DNA of 64,000 bases from Candidatus Lustribacter sp. (lineage in GTDB: Bacteria > Vulcanimicrobiota > Vulcanimicrobiia > Vulcanimicrobiales > Vulcanimicrobiaceae), in NCBI GenBank assembly GCA_965277805.1, contig OZ255842.1, positions 4,192,001-4,256,000 of the forward strand. The letters are read 5' to 3'. The notes beneath the pieces were generated by a model that saw nothing but the letters and a program-made list of their open reading frames with translations, ran no database searches and had not been told where the DNA came from. Of this stretch, positions 40,478 to 50,270 are shown piece by piece (within the stretch, counting starts at the first letter, position 1; every line of letters begins with the position of its first letter). Made by a program: the position numbers and the translations under genes.

Positions 40478-41369
40478 GTAAAGCCGCCTTGATACCGGTG
40501 AGATAGTGATATTGGAAAGAGAGCGTGCGCAAGAAACCCGGTGCCTTCGCGCCGTCGTCGATCCAGCGCCGCAACGGCGGGATGCGATCGATCAGGTCGT
40601 GCATCGCAAGCGAGACGGGCGTCATGCCCAAGCGCAGGCGCACGTCGAAGGTCGGGTGTTTGCGGAAGAAGCGCACCGTCGAGCGGCCGGCAAGTTCCAT
40701 GCGGCCTTGCTGCTCGTCGAACAGTACCGGGTGCCAATGATAATTCACGGCTTCCGCCGCGTACTCGATCGAGATGCCGGCGTGCTGCAGGCGGTAACCG
40801 AGTTCGAGGTCCTCGTGACCGTAACCGGTGAACGCTTCATCGAAGCGTCCGACGCGCTCGAGATCCTCGCGCCGCACCGAGCAGTTGCCGGTCATGAAGT
40901 AAAGCCAGCTCAGATGCTTGCGGGTCGCCGGGTGCAGCGGATCGCGCGCCGCCGGGTTGCCGCTCTTGCGCAGGTATTCATCGTAGGAATCGACCTGGAT
41001 CTCGCAGCCGATCACCGCGCGCCCCGGCCCCTTGGCGTGCCGCGCGAGATGGCGTGAGAGCAGGTCGGGCGACGCGATGATGTCCGCATCCGTGAAGAGC
41101 ACGATCGGCGCGCGCGCTGCGGCGATGCCGGCATTGCGCGCGCTCGCGCGACCGGTGTACGGACCGGGCAGGTGGCGCACGTTGGGCGACGAGCGCGCGA
41201 TCTCGGCCAGAAACTCGGCCGTGCCGTCGTTCGAACGCGAATCGGCCACGATCACCTCGAACGCGTCGGGGCGCAGATCTTGCGCCACCAGCGCCGGGAT
41301 GACGTAGCGAAGCGTGTCGATGCGATTGTACGTCGGTACGACGACGGAAATGTGCAGCTGGTCGGTCAT
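40464..41369 (-). CDS. glycosyltransferase family 2
   Basis: 'SVVVPTYNR', 'ARN.G', DxD (DAD) and 'FDE.F.GYG.ED.ELG.RL'; start MTDQL. Confidence 0.92.
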   Translation of the reverse strand: MTDQLHISVVVPTYNRIDTLRYVIPALVAQDLRPDAFEVIVADSRSNDGTAEFLAEIARSSPNVRHLPGPYTGRASARNAGIAAARAPIVLFTDADIIASPDLLSRHLARHAKGPGRAVIGCEIQVDSYDEYLRKSGNPAARDPLHPATRKHLSWLYFMTGNCSVRREDLERVGRFDEAFTGYGHEDLELGYRLQHAGISIEYAAEAVNYHWHPVLFDEQQGRMELAGRSTVRFFRKHPTFDVRLRLGMTPVSLAMHDLIDRIPPLRRWIDDGAKAPGFLRTLSFQYHYLTGIKAALRDPS

Positions 41370-42352
41370 AGTAATCGTGCCACCGCCGCGACGATCTCGG
41401 CGCGTGAGGCCGCGAGGGCCTCCGGCGCATCGGTCGGGGGTTTGCGTAGGACCGCGTTCGGCACCCGGTACGGCGACCATTCCTGGGAGTTCAGCCAAAA
41501 GTAGGTATGCTCGAAGAGGACGATCGTCGGCCGCTTCACGGCGCTGGCAACGTGCGTGGCACCCGTGTCGATCGTGACGATGCAGGCGGCGCGCTCGAAG
41601 GCCGCCGCCCACTGCCCGAACGTCAGCCCGCCGGCCACCCGGTCGACGATCCCGGTCGCGCGGACGGCATCGGCCAGTTCGACCGCGTCCGCCCCGTACG
41701 TGGCCACCAGCGGCCGGCCCAGCCGGCGCAGCTGCCGGAAGAGCTCGAGCAGGCTCGCGGTCGTGCTGCCGTGCTCGGTCCAGCGGCGGCCGAGATGGAC
41801 GACGATCGGATCGGCGGGAAAATCGGCCACCGCCGCGCGGTCGGCTTCGCTGATCACGATGCGCAGGTCGGGGACGATCTCGGTCGCCCCGGCACGCTGC
41901 GCGAGCGCCAGCACTTGATTGACCTCGTGCATGACGAACAGGTGCGGATCGCGCTCGCACGTCGCCGGATCGGCGTTGCTGACCAGGCAGTCGGTCAGCC
42001 AGCGCCGCGCGATCAGCCGCGTCAGATAGCGGCGCTCGTAGGTGTAGCCGATGCGGCGCGGTGCGCGCGTCGCCGCCACCAGCCGCATGTCGGCGGCGTT
42101 GGGAGCCAGCGCGACGGCGAGATCGACGCCGGTGAAACGCGCGCCGAACGCCTGCGGCTTCACGCCGGGCGGCAAACATTCAACCGCATCGACGTCGGGG
42201 CTATTCGCGACGACGACCGCGTTGTATTCGCTGCACACGATCGTGATGTGGGCGTCGGGAAAGCCGCGCCGGAACGTCGCGATCGCCGGCGTCGATAAAA
42301 TCAAATCGCCCACGCGATCGAGCCGCGAAAGCAGAATGCGCGAAACGCTCAC
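41366..42352 (-). CDS. glycosyltransferase family 9 (heptosyltransferase-like)
   Basis: 'R.DR.GD.IL.TP' and 'DTG..H.A.A...P...LF'. Confidence 0.9.
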   Translation of the reverse strand: MSVSRILLSRLDRVGDLILSTPAIATFRRGFPDAHITIVCSEYNAVVVANSPDVDAVECLPPGVKPQAFGARFTGVDLAVALAPNAADMRLVAATRAPRRIGYTYERRYLTRLIARRWLTDCLVSNADPATCERDPHLFVMHEVNQVLALAQRAGATEIVPDLRIVISEADRAAVADFPADPIVVHLGRRWTEHGSTTASLLELFRQLRRLGRPLVATYGADAVELADAVRATGIVDRVAGGLTFGQWAAAFERAACIVTIDTGATHVASAVKRPTIVLFEHTYFWLNSQEWSPYRVPNAVLRKPPTDAPEALAASRAEIVAAVARLL

Positions 42353-43260
42353 TCGTGCGGCGTGTCGACGGCGGCTTCGGCGCTAGCGAGTTCGTCGTAG
42401 TAGGCGTCGGCGGCAAGGATCTGCGCGGCCAGCAGCTGTGGCGGCGAGAGACGTGCCGTGGCGTCGCCGAGCGGTGCCAACACGCGCGCGATGCCGCTGC
42501 GGTGCAGGAGCGAGCCGAGGGCGCGCTGCGGCGGCGTCGCACCGATCGCGAGATCCACGCGCCAGTGGGGATGTTTCGCGCGCAGCTGCACCGCCGTGCG
42601 GGCCTGCGCGCGCACTTGCCGCAGCATGCCGCCGACGTTCGTCCCGGCCGGCCGCGGTTTGTGATGAAAGGCGACGGCGAAACGGTTGAACACCGCGCGC
42701 GTCCCGATCGCACGCAAGCGCATGCCGAGCTCGATGTCTTCCCAGCCGTACTCGGTGAACGATTCGTCGAAGCGGCCGCCGACGCTATCGAGACGCGCGC
42801 GCCGCAGCGAGACGTTGCTGGTCCAGAAATAATTGCCGCTGTAGTTCGCGGGCGTCCACACCGGCACGGGAAGATCGTCGAAGCTTTCGGTGTTGATGAC
42901 CGCGCCGCGCACGATCACGTCGCCGTGACGGTCGTCGCTCGCGAGATGTTCGGCCGCGAAGACCGGCGTCGGCAGCACGTCGTCGTCGATGAACGCGATG
43001 CGCTCGCCGGTCGAGCGCGCAATGCCGGCGTTGCGGCCTTTGGCCAGCCCCGAGTTCGGCTGTTCGATCACGGTGAACGTGCAGCGCGCGAGCGGGCGCA
43101 CGCGTTCGATCACGGCGCTCGTGTCGTCGGGCGAACCGTCGTTGACGAGCACGACTTCGTAGGCATCGTCGGGCACGGTCTGATCGAAGAGCGCTTCGAG
43201 CACGCGTTCGAGCAGCCGCGCGCGGTTATAAGTGCAGAGCTGAATCGTCAGGCGCGGCAT
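42349..43260 (-). CDS. glycosyltransferase family 2
   Basis: 'CTYNR', 'NDGS.D', 'RN.G', 'FIDDD' and 'FDE.F..YGWED.ELG.RL'. Confidence 0.92.
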   Translation of the reverse strand: MPRLTIQLCTYNRARLLERVLEALFDQTVPDDAYEVVLVNDGSPDDTSAVIERVRPLARCTFTVIEQPNSGLAKGRNAGIARSTGERIAFIDDDVLPTPVFAAEHLASDDRHGDVIVRGAVINTESFDDLPVPVWTPANYSGNYFWTSNVSLRRARLDSVGGRFDESFTEYGWEDIELGMRLRAIGTRAVFNRFAVAFHHKPRPAGTNVGGMLRQVRAQARTAVQLRAKHPHWRVDLAIGATPPQRALGSLLHRSGIARVLAPLGDATARLSPPQLLAAQILAADAYYDELASAEAAVDTPHE

Positions 43261-43261
43261 G

Positions 43262-44281
43262 TCAGGCCGTCTCGCGTTCGGTGATCGCCGCCTGCAGTCC
43301 GTCGAGCGCCCGCACGATTCCGGCGACGTCGAGATGCCGCACGCAGGCGAAGTCGGGACAGGTCTCCTTGCGGTGTGCGGGCGGGCACGGGTAGACCGCG
43401 CGCACGATCGCGGTATGCGGGCCGGCCGGCGCCCAACGGTCCGGCTCGTCGGACTGCAGCGCGAAGATGCCGACGGTCGGGGCGCCCACGGCGGCCGCGA
43501 CGTGCATCGGCCCCGAATCCATCGCCACGACGTAGCGCGCGCGTTCGGCCAGCGCGGCGAAGGTGCCGATCGACGTTGCTCCGGCGAGCGAAATCGCCTC
43601 GGCGCCGCGCGCGACCGCATCGGCGACCGGGGCGTCGCCCGCCGTGCCGGTCACGAGCAACGGAATCGGATCGCGGCTGCGCAGGGCGCGCGCGAGCTCG
43701 ATGAACCCGCCCGCCGGCCAGCGTTCGCGCTGCGCGGAGAGCCCCCGCGAGGGATGCAGCAGCGCAAACGGACCCGCGACGTTGCGCGCAGCGAGCAGCG
43801 CATCGGCGGCGGCGCGATCTTCGGCCGTCGGCATGAAGGCGGGTTGCGCGACCGGATCGTCGCAGCCGATCGCGCGCGCGTAATCCAGCAGAATCTGCGT
43901 CCAGTGCGAGGTGCGATCGCCGCGCTCGCTGCGCACGGTGACGCGCTCGGTGAAGAGCCGCGAATACAGCCGCCGCGCCTGGCCGACGCGCACCGGAATC
44001 CGCGCCAGCGCCGGCACCGCAGCCGTGGTGAACGTGGCCCACGTGACGACCGCCGCGGCGTAACCGGCCGCGCGCAGATCTTCGGCCGTCGGCACGGGCG
44101 ATGCCAGCACGTGCACGCGTTCGATCGCCGGATCGTGCTCGGCGACGGTACGATGCGCGGGCAGCACGAGCGCGTCGACGTGCGCGAATTTCGAACGGAG
44201 CGCGTGCGCCACGACGCCCGCCAAGAGCGTGTCGCCGATGCCGCCGCCGGCCGCCACCAGCAGCGCGCGATCAGAGGCCAT
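43262..44281 (-). CDS. glycosyltransferase family 9 (heptosyltransferase-like)
   Basis: 'GGIGD', 'RWP...F..L' and 'DSGPMH.AAA.G.PT..IF'. Confidence 0.92.
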   Translation of the reverse strand: MASDRALLVAAGGGIGDTLLAGVVAHALRSKFAHVDALVLPAHRTVAEHDPAIERVHVLASPVPTAEDLRAAGYAAAVVTWATFTTAAVPALARIPVRVGQARRLYSRLFTERVTVRSERGDRTSHWTQILLDYARAIGCDDPVAQPAFMPTAEDRAAADALLAARNVAGPFALLHPSRGLSAQRERWPAGGFIELARALRSRDPIPLLVTGTAGDAPVADAVARGAEAISLAGATSIGTFAALAERARYVVAMDSGPMHVAAAVGAPTVGIFALQSDEPDRWAPAGPHTAIVRAVYPCPPAHRKETCPDFACVRHLDVAGIVRALDGLQAAITERETA

Positions 44282-45215
44282 CGAGCGCCTGCGCGATCAG
44301 CGTTTCGGGCGCACGCGCGAGTTCGCTCGCGCGCACGACGATGTTCGAGCTGGCCCACGGCCGCCAGCGGCGCGTCTGCGCGTCGAACCCCGCGTCGGGA
44401 AACACGTCCACGACCGGCACGCCGATCATCCCGGCGAGATGCGCCGCGCCGGTATCGGTGCTCACCAGCGCACCCGCCGCATCGACCGCCGCGATCCATG
44501 CGCGCGTATCGCCGGGCGCATCGACGGCGAGCGCCGGAAACTGCGCGGCCATCGCAGCGCGTTCGGCCGGTGCGGCGATGAAGCGCGCGCCGCGTTCGCT
44601 CAAACTCGTCATCACCCGCGCGATTGCCGCGCCCGCGATACCGAGCGCGTTCCACTTCGCGCCGAGCTGCACGAGCAAGCCGCGCCGTTCGGGCAGCGGC
44701 TCATCGCCCGCGATCAGCGGCCGCAGGCGCGCCGCATCGCGTTCGGGTGCTCCGGTAATGAGGCCCGCGCCGAGCCGCAGCATGACGTCCGCCTCGTGCG
44801 CATCGCTGCCGCGCACGGTCGCCGCGCGCCGGATCGCGCGCGTCACGCGGCGCTTGATCCAGGCCGACTTGAACGGCTTGGCCCAGCCGGTCGTAAACCC
44901 GACGCGCTGCGGAACGGGCGCCGCCAGCTCGTAGGCTTCGGGCTCTTCGCTCGCGATCAACGCGATGTCGTACTGCTGCGCTGCAATTTCAGCGTCAGCG
45001 CGCGCACGCGATGCGGGCGTCGAACCGTGCGCCGGCCACGGAATGCGTTCGAGCACGTGGGTCGCCGTTGCGGTTTGCGGCGCGAAGATGTCCGCGTTGC
45101 GATCGCTCAGCGCGATGCCCAGTTCGTGTCCGGCGGAGCGCAGCGCCGCGATCAGCGGCGTGCACACCAGCGCGTCACCGATTCCGTCGAGCCGCACGAT
45201 GAGCACCCGGCTCAC
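44271..45215 (-). CDS. glycosyltransferase family 9 (heptosyltransferase-like)
   Basis: 'IVR.D.IGD....P' and 'DTG..HLA...G.P...F'; GTG start overlaps the upstream stop. Confidence 0.88.
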   Translation of the reverse strand: MSRVLIVRLDGIGDALVCTPLIAALRSAGHELGIALSDRNADIFAPQTATATHVLERIPWPAHGSTPASRARADAEIAAQQYDIALIASEEPEAYELAAPVPQRVGFTTGWAKPFKSAWIKRRVTRAIRRAATVRGSDAHEADVMLRLGAGLITGAPERDAARLRPLIAGDEPLPERRGLLVQLGAKWNALGIAGAAIARVMTSLSERGARFIAAPAERAAMAAQFPALAVDAPGDTRAWIAAVDAAGALVSTDTGAAHLAGMIGVPVVDVFPDAGFDAQTRRWRPWASSNIVVRASELARAPETLIAQALDGL

Positions 45216-46069
45216 CGCAGCGCGCGTTCGAGTTCGTCGACATAGACGCCATCGAGCACGAGTTCGCGCGCGACGCGCGCCAGCGGCACCGGAACGCGCT
45301 CGCTGGTCGCGAGGCCGGCCAGCCACGCCTGCGCACCGGGCGGCGAGAACAAGCGCGAGCGAATGCGGTTGAGCGCGTAAGCGCCGGTGGCGAGCTTCGC
45401 GCGCCGGGATGGATCCTTGCGTACGAACTTCGCCGCCATACGCGCCTTCTCGATCGTTTTCTCGAGCGCGGCATCGAGCGTTTCGGTCGAGGGCGGCTTG
45501 ATGTGCCAGAGGTAGGCATCCCACGCGAAGCGCCGCCGCACGTCGAAGTTGCGCAGCCGCACACCGAGTTCGGTGTCTTCCCAGCCGTACTTGTCGAACG
45601 ATTCATCGAACCCGCCGACCGACTGCAACGCGCCGAGCGGCACCGACACGTTGCACGTGCAGAAGTACGCGTTCGAACCGTTGAGAAACGTCGGCACCGG
45701 ACGCATATCCGCCGATGGCACGTTGATGATCGGCCCGGTCACGACGTGCGGGAAGATCTGTGCGGCGTGCGCGCGCGCATGGGCGGCGATGAAGTAGGGC
45801 GGCAGCACGACGTCGTCGTCGATGAACTGCACGATCTCACCGCTCGCGACCGCGATGCCGGCGTTGCGCGCGAGCGCGCGGTTCGGCTGCGCTTCGAAGA
45901 GATAGGTCGCGCCGTGCCGTTCTGCGACCGCGCGGGTACCGTCGGACGAGCCGTTGTCGACGACGATCGCCTCGGTCGCCGGCGCACCGGTCTGCGCGCG
46001 CAGCGACGCCAGCGCCCCATCGAGTAGCGCTGCGCGGTTGCGGGTCGCGATGATGACGCTGAACTTCAT
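45212..46069 (-). CDS. glycosyltransferase family 2
   Basis: 'SVII.TRNR', 'VDNGS.D', 'ARN.G', 'FIDDD' and 'GFDE.F..YGWED.ELG.RL'. Confidence 0.92.
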   Translation of the reverse strand: MKFSVIIATRNRAALLDGALASLRAQTGAPATEAIVVDNGSSDGTRAVAERHGATYLFEAQPNRALARNAGIAVASGEIVQFIDDDVVLPPYFIAAHARAHAAQIFPHVVTGPIINVPSADMRPVPTFLNGSNAYFCTCNVSVPLGALQSVGGFDESFDKYGWEDTELGVRLRNFDVRRRFAWDAYLWHIKPPSTETLDAALEKTIEKARMAAKFVRKDPSRRAKLATGAYALNRIRSRLFSPPGAQAWLAGLATSERVPVPLARVARELVLDGVYVDELERALR

Positions 46070-47283
46070 CCGCCTGCATCTTCGAGAAGCGCGTCGGCCA
46101 TCCGCCCCGCGGCACCGCGATGCGCCGCATAGAGCGCGCGCAAATCGCCGCTCGCCGACGTAAGCCAGGCACGATCGGCGTACCGTTCCGCCGCAACGTG
46201 CGCGATCCGCGAAGGCAGCTGCGTGCCGCGCAGTTCGTGATCGATCTCGCGCCGCGCGTCGATGTTCGGCTGCGCGTAGTACTGGAAGCGCTTGCCCACG
46301 GCGACGACCGCCGCGCGTTTGACCGGCGTGCCGATGAACGGTATGCGGTCGATGTACTGAAACGGCCCGTTGATCACGATCAGTTCGGGCGCGTTCGCGG
46401 GCGTGATGACGACGGCAGGAACCCCGAGCGCGGCCAGTTCGATGACCTTCGTGCCGGGCAGCGAGACGGCCAGCCGCGCGTTCTGCGCCGCGCGCATCGC
46501 CGCCGTCACCACCGCGAAGCGTTCGCCGGCAGCTTCGAGCGACGCGCCGTCCGCGGCGAGTTTCGACGGCATGCCGTAGGCGACGCGCCGTCCGCCGCGC
46601 GCGAGCGCGGCCCCGAGTTCCGCATCCGTCGTGAAGGGCGAGCGCGCGAAGGCGATCGGCACGCCGGGCAGCCGCCGGCGCAGCTGCACGGCGGCACGCA
46701 CGAACATCGGGAAGATCTCCTCGATCTCGTGTTTGCGCGAGCCGGGGAAGAAGATCACGCCGTCGCGCGCGGCCTCCGCGTCGGCCGCTCCGCCGAAGTC
46801 GCCGGCAGCCTCGCCGAACGCACCGTCGATGACGAGGTTCCCGACGACGCTGATCTTGGCGCCGGGAATCCCCCAGCCGAGCAGTTGCTGACGGTTGCTC
46901 TCATCGACCGCGAACACGCGCGCGAACCGGTCGACGTATTTCTTGCGCGAAAACTTGTACGCGGTCGCGGTGCCGCCGAGCCGGTCGTGCAGGCGCGCGG
47001 CGTGCATCAAATCGCCGCCGAGATATTGCACGCGATCGGCGTGGGCCGGCAACCCGTCGAGGCCGCGGCCGAGCGCGAAGCGCAGGTACTCGCCGGGCGT
47101 GTACACCGTGGCTTGCGGGAAGTAACCGCGCACGTACGCGGCCTCGTGACCCGTGGCGTAGTCGTCGGGAACGCAGAAGACGCGCACGTCGAGCGCCGGA
47201 TCGCGGGCGTAGAGCGCGGTGAGCAACGGCCGCACCCAACCCGCGAACTCGCCCGGGCCGTTGGCGGTGAGCGCAAGGATCAT
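46066..47283 (-). CDS. lipid-A-disaccharide synthase (LpxB)-related GT-B glycosyltransferase
   Basis: 'NGPGE...W..P', 'VGN', 'PGSR..E', 'PGT...EL...G.P' and 'A.PN'; located in an LPS operon. Confidence 0.7.
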   Translation of the reverse strand: MILALTANGPGEFAGWVRPLLTALYARDPALDVRVFCVPDDYATGHEAAYVRGYFPQATVYTPGEYLRFALGRGLDGLPAHADRVQYLGGDLMHAARLHDRLGGTATAYKFSRKKYVDRFARVFAVDESNRQQLLGWGIPGAKISVVGNLVIDGAFGEAAGDFGGAADAEAARDGVIFFPGSRKHEIEEIFPMFVRAAVQLRRRLPGVPIAFARSPFTTDAELGAALARGGRRVAYGMPSKLAADGASLEAAGERFAVVTAAMRAAQNARLAVSLPGTKVIELAALGVPAVVITPANAPELIVINGPFQYIDRIPFIGTPVKRAAVVAVGKRFQYYAQPNIDARREIDHELRGTQLPSRIAHVAAERYADRAWLTSASGDLRALYAAHRGAAGRMADALLEDAGG

Positions 47284-47774
47284 GGGCGCGAACGGATCGT
47301 CGCGACGAGATCGGTCGTACTCTTGCCCTCGACGTGCGGCGCCAGCGCGACGCGGCCGCCGCCGGCTTCGACGACGTCGCGCTCGGGCAAGTCTTCGACG
47401 CGGTACTGCGCGCTCTTCACGTGCACGTCGGGCTTCAGCGCAGCCAGCAATTCGACCGGCGTCGCTTCATCGAAACCGACCACGGCATCGACGCTGCGCA
47501 GCGCGGCCAGCACTGCCGCCCGTCCCTCGAACGGCACGTACGGCCGCTGCGGCCCCTTGAGCCCGCACACGGACGCGTCGCCGTTGAGGCCGACGATCAA
47601 CGCATCGCCTTGCGCGCGCGCCCAGGCGAGATATTGGGTGTGACCGTTGTGAATCACGTCGAAGCAGCCGTTGGTGAAGACGACGATCTTGCCGCGCGCC
47701 CGCAGCGCTTCGCGCAGCGCGACGGCGCCCGCGCGATCTAGCACCGGCGCGATGAAGTCGTCAGCGCTCGGCAT
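47280..47774 (-). CDS. rfaE2: D-glycero-beta-D-manno-heptose 1-phosphate adenylyltransferase (HldC/RfaE domain II)
   Basis: 'FTNGCFD..H.GH', 'LIVGLN.D.SV..LKG..RP' and 'STT'. Confidence 0.93.
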   Translation of the reverse strand: MPSADDFIAPVLDRAGAVALREALRARGKIVVFTNGCFDVIHNGHTQYLAWARAQGDALIVGLNGDASVCGLKGPQRPYVPFEGRAAVLAALRSVDAVVGFDEATPVELLAALKPDVHVKSAQYRVEDLPERDVVEAGGGRVALAPHVEGKSTTDLVATIRSRP

Positions 47775-48723
47775 CGTGTTCCATCAGCGCGATGATCTCG
47801 GCCGGTGAGGCCGTCGCGGTGCCGAGTTTCTCGACCACGGCGCCGGCGGCGAAGTTGGCGAGTTGCGTGGCGGTGATCACCGGCACGCGCGCGGCCAGCG
47901 CCAGCGTCAGGACGGCGACGACCGTATCGCCGGCACCGCTCACGTCGAACACCGTGCGCGCCACCGACGGAATGTGCTCGCGCGTGCCGTCGCTGCCGAA
48001 GAGCGACATGCCGTGCTCGCCGCGCGTCACCAGCACATAACGGCACTGCAGGCGTTCGAGCAGCGCGCGCGCCGCGCGTTCGAGCGAGGCATCGTCGACG
48101 ATCGCGATGCCGCTCGCGCGCGCCGTTTCGGTGACGTTCGGCGCGATGCACGTCACCCCGGCGAAGAGATCGACGTTGTCGGGCTTCGGGTCGGCCACGA
48201 CGACCGGCGCGGCCAGCGCAGCCGCGACGATGTCGCGGTGCAGCAAACCCTTGGCGTAATCGCTGAGCACCACGGCGTCGGCGTTACCGGCCGCGCGCCG
48301 CACGGCATCGACGATGCGCCCGCGATCCGCAGCACCGATTGGCGCCGTCACTTCCCAATCGGCGCGTACGACTTGCTGGTTGTGCGCGACCACCCGCGTC
48401 TTGCGCGTCGTCGGCCGGTCCGCGAGCGTCAGCAGACCCGACGTATCGCAGTCGATCTCGGCGAACATGGTGCGGACGCGCTCGCCTTCGGCATCGTCGC
48501 CGACCACGCCGATGAACGTTACCGCCGCGCCGAGCGCGCGCAAGTTGTTCGCGACGTTGCCCGACCCGCCGAGCGTGAACGAATGTTTGTCGACCGCCAC
48601 GACCGGCACCGGCGCTTCGGGCGAGATGCGCGAAACGCGGCCCCAGATCCACTCATCGATCATCACGTCGCCGACCACCACGATGCGGCGGCCGGCCATG
48701 CGCGCGAGTTCGTCAGCGGCCAC
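47761..48723 (-). CDS. rfaE1: D-glycero-beta-D-manno-heptose-7-phosphate kinase (HldA/RfaE domain I)
   Basis: 'GD.M.D....G.V.RISPEAPVPV', 'SDY.KG' and 'DV.GAGDTV'. Confidence 0.94.
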   Translation of the reverse strand: MAADELARMAGRRIVVVGDVMIDEWIWGRVSRISPEAPVPVVAVDKHSFTLGGSGNVANNLRALGAAVTFIGVVGDDAEGERVRTMFAEIDCDTSGLLTLADRPTTRKTRVVAHNQQVVRADWEVTAPIGAADRGRIVDAVRRAAGNADAVVLSDYAKGLLHRDIVAAALAAPVVVADPKPDNVDLFAGVTCIAPNVTETARASGIAIVDDASLERAARALLERLQCRYVLVTRGEHGMSLFGSDGTREHIPSVARTVFDVSGAGDTVVAVLTLALAARVPVITATQLANFAAGAVVEKLGTATASPAEIIALMEHDAER

Positions 48724-49243
48724 GGTGCACGATCCATTCGGCCGCCTCGAGCAGCGTGTTCGCACGCAGATCCGGTTCCGGCCCGACGTAGGGCATCGGC
48801 CCGGGCACAGCGATGCCGGCGATGCCGGCGCGCTGACCGAGTTCCACATCGCTGCCGCGGTCGCCGATCATCGCCGCGCGCTCGAGGGTCAGGTGATGCT
48901 CGCGCACCGCTTGGTGCAAGAGCGCCGGCGCCGGCTTGCGGCAGTCGCAGCCGTCTTGATAGTGCGGACACCAGTACCAGCCGTCGATCGCGATGCCGTC
49001 GCCGGCGAGCCGGCGCACGATCTCGGCGTTCACGCTGCGCACCTGCGCATCGTCGATCAGCCCACGTGCGATGCCCGACTGATTCGAGATCACGACCGTC
49101 GCGAAATCGTGCGCGGCCAAGAGCTTCAGCGCTTCGACCACCGTCGGCAGAATCTCGACGCCGCACGGATCGCCGAGAAAGCCTTTGTCTTCGATCAGCG
49201 TCCCGTCACGATCGAGAAACACGGCCGGTCGCACCGGCATCAT
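48713..49243 (-). CDS. gmhB: D-glycero-D-manno-heptose 1,7-bisphosphate phosphatase
   Basis: HAD motif DRDGT, 'NQSG..RG', 'CPH....C.CRKP' and 'IGD..SD'. Confidence 0.92.
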   Translation of the reverse strand: MMPVRPAVFLDRDGTLIEDKGFLGDPCGVEILPTVVEALKLLAAHDFATVVISNQSGIARGLIDDAQVRSVNAEIVRRLAGDGIAIDGWYWCPHYQDGCDCRKPAPALLHQAVREHHLTLERAAMIGDRGSDVELGQRAGIAGIAVPGPMPYVGPEPDLRANTLLEAAEWIVHRGR

Positions 49244-49806
49244 GCGAACAGCAAATCTTGTTCGACGAGGTCGCAGATGATGTGGCCGAGGGTGATGTGC
49301 ACTTCTTGCACGATCGCGCTGTAACCGTCAGGTCCCATCAGGACGAGATCGGCGATCTCGGCTAGCGGGCCGCCGCCGTTGCCGGTGAACGCGACGGTCG
49401 TCGCGCCGGCGCGATTCGCGGCCTCGATCGCGCGCAGAATGCTCGGCGATTTGCCGCTGGTCGTAATGCCCACGATCACGTCGCCCGGCTGCGCGAACGC
49501 CTCGACTTGCCGCGCAAAGACGTTCTCGTAACCGAAGTCGTTGGCGATCGCCGTCAGCGCGCTCGTGTTCACCGAGAGCGCTTCCGACGGCAGCCCGCCG
49601 CGTTCGCGTAAAAATCGCCCGCTGAACTCCGCGGCGAGATGCTGTGCATCGGCAGCGCTGCCGCCGTTACCGCACCACAAAACCTTCTTGCCGCTGCGAA
49701 ACGCGAGCACCATCGCGGCGACGATCGCCGCAACTTGGTCCGGATAGTGCGGCGCCTCGAGCTGTCCGCGCCGGTCGGCCAGCAGTTCGGCGAACCCGCG
49801 CCGCAC
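49240..49806 (-). CDS. gmhA: phosphoheptose isomerase
   Basis: 'CGNGGSAADAQH.AAE', 'NDFG...F.RQ', 'TSG.S' and 'QE.H'. Confidence 0.95.
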   Translation of the reverse strand: MRRGFAELLADRRGQLEAPHYPDQVAAIVAAMVLAFRSGKKVLWCGNGGSAADAQHLAAEFSGRFLRERGGLPSEALSVNTSALTAIANDFGYENVFARQVEAFAQPGDVIVGITTSGKSPSILRAIEAANRAGATTVAFTGNGGGPLAEIADLVLMGPDGYSAIVQEVHITLGHIICDLVEQDLLFA

Positions 49807-50270
49807 TACGGTTCGATCCAGAAGAGATCGTCGCCGAGGGAAACGAGCTGACCGTTTTCCGGAATCACGCGCGCGATCACGCCGGCGTACTCGCTCGTGA
49901 TTTCGTTCATCAGCTTCATCGCTTCTAGAATGCAGAGCGGCTGACCCGGAACCACGCGGTCGCCGACCGTGACGAACGGATCGGCACCCGGCGAGGGCGC
50001 GCCGTAGAAGACGCCGACGACCGGCGCCGTAACGCGCTTGACGTTGGCACCGGCGACCGCGCCGTTGACCGCGCCGTTTTCCGGTGTTGCGGGTGCGGCT
50101 GCGGCGGCTTGCGCCGGTCCCGCGGCCGTGACGACCGTCCCGGCCGGCGCCGGCTCGCGCGCGACGAGTTCGTATTCCGTCTCGCCGACCCGCACGCGCA
50201 CCGCATCGAGGTCGTACTCGCGCAAGATCTCGGCCAGCGCGCGGATGCGCCCGGCCTCATCGTCATTCAT
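49806..50270 (-). CDS. accB: acetyl-CoA carboxylase biotin carboxyl carrier protein
   Basis: Ala/Pro linker, 'P..G.FY..PSP' and biotinyl-Lys motif EAMKLMNEI. Confidence 0.93.
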   Translation of the reverse strand: MNDDEAGRIRALAEILREYDLDAVRVRVGETEYELVAREPAPAGTVVTAAGPAQAAAAAPATPENGAVNGAVAGANVKRVTAPVVGVFYGAPSPGADPFVTVGDRVVPGQPLCILEAMKLMNEITSEYAGVIARVIPENGQLVSLGDDLFWIEP

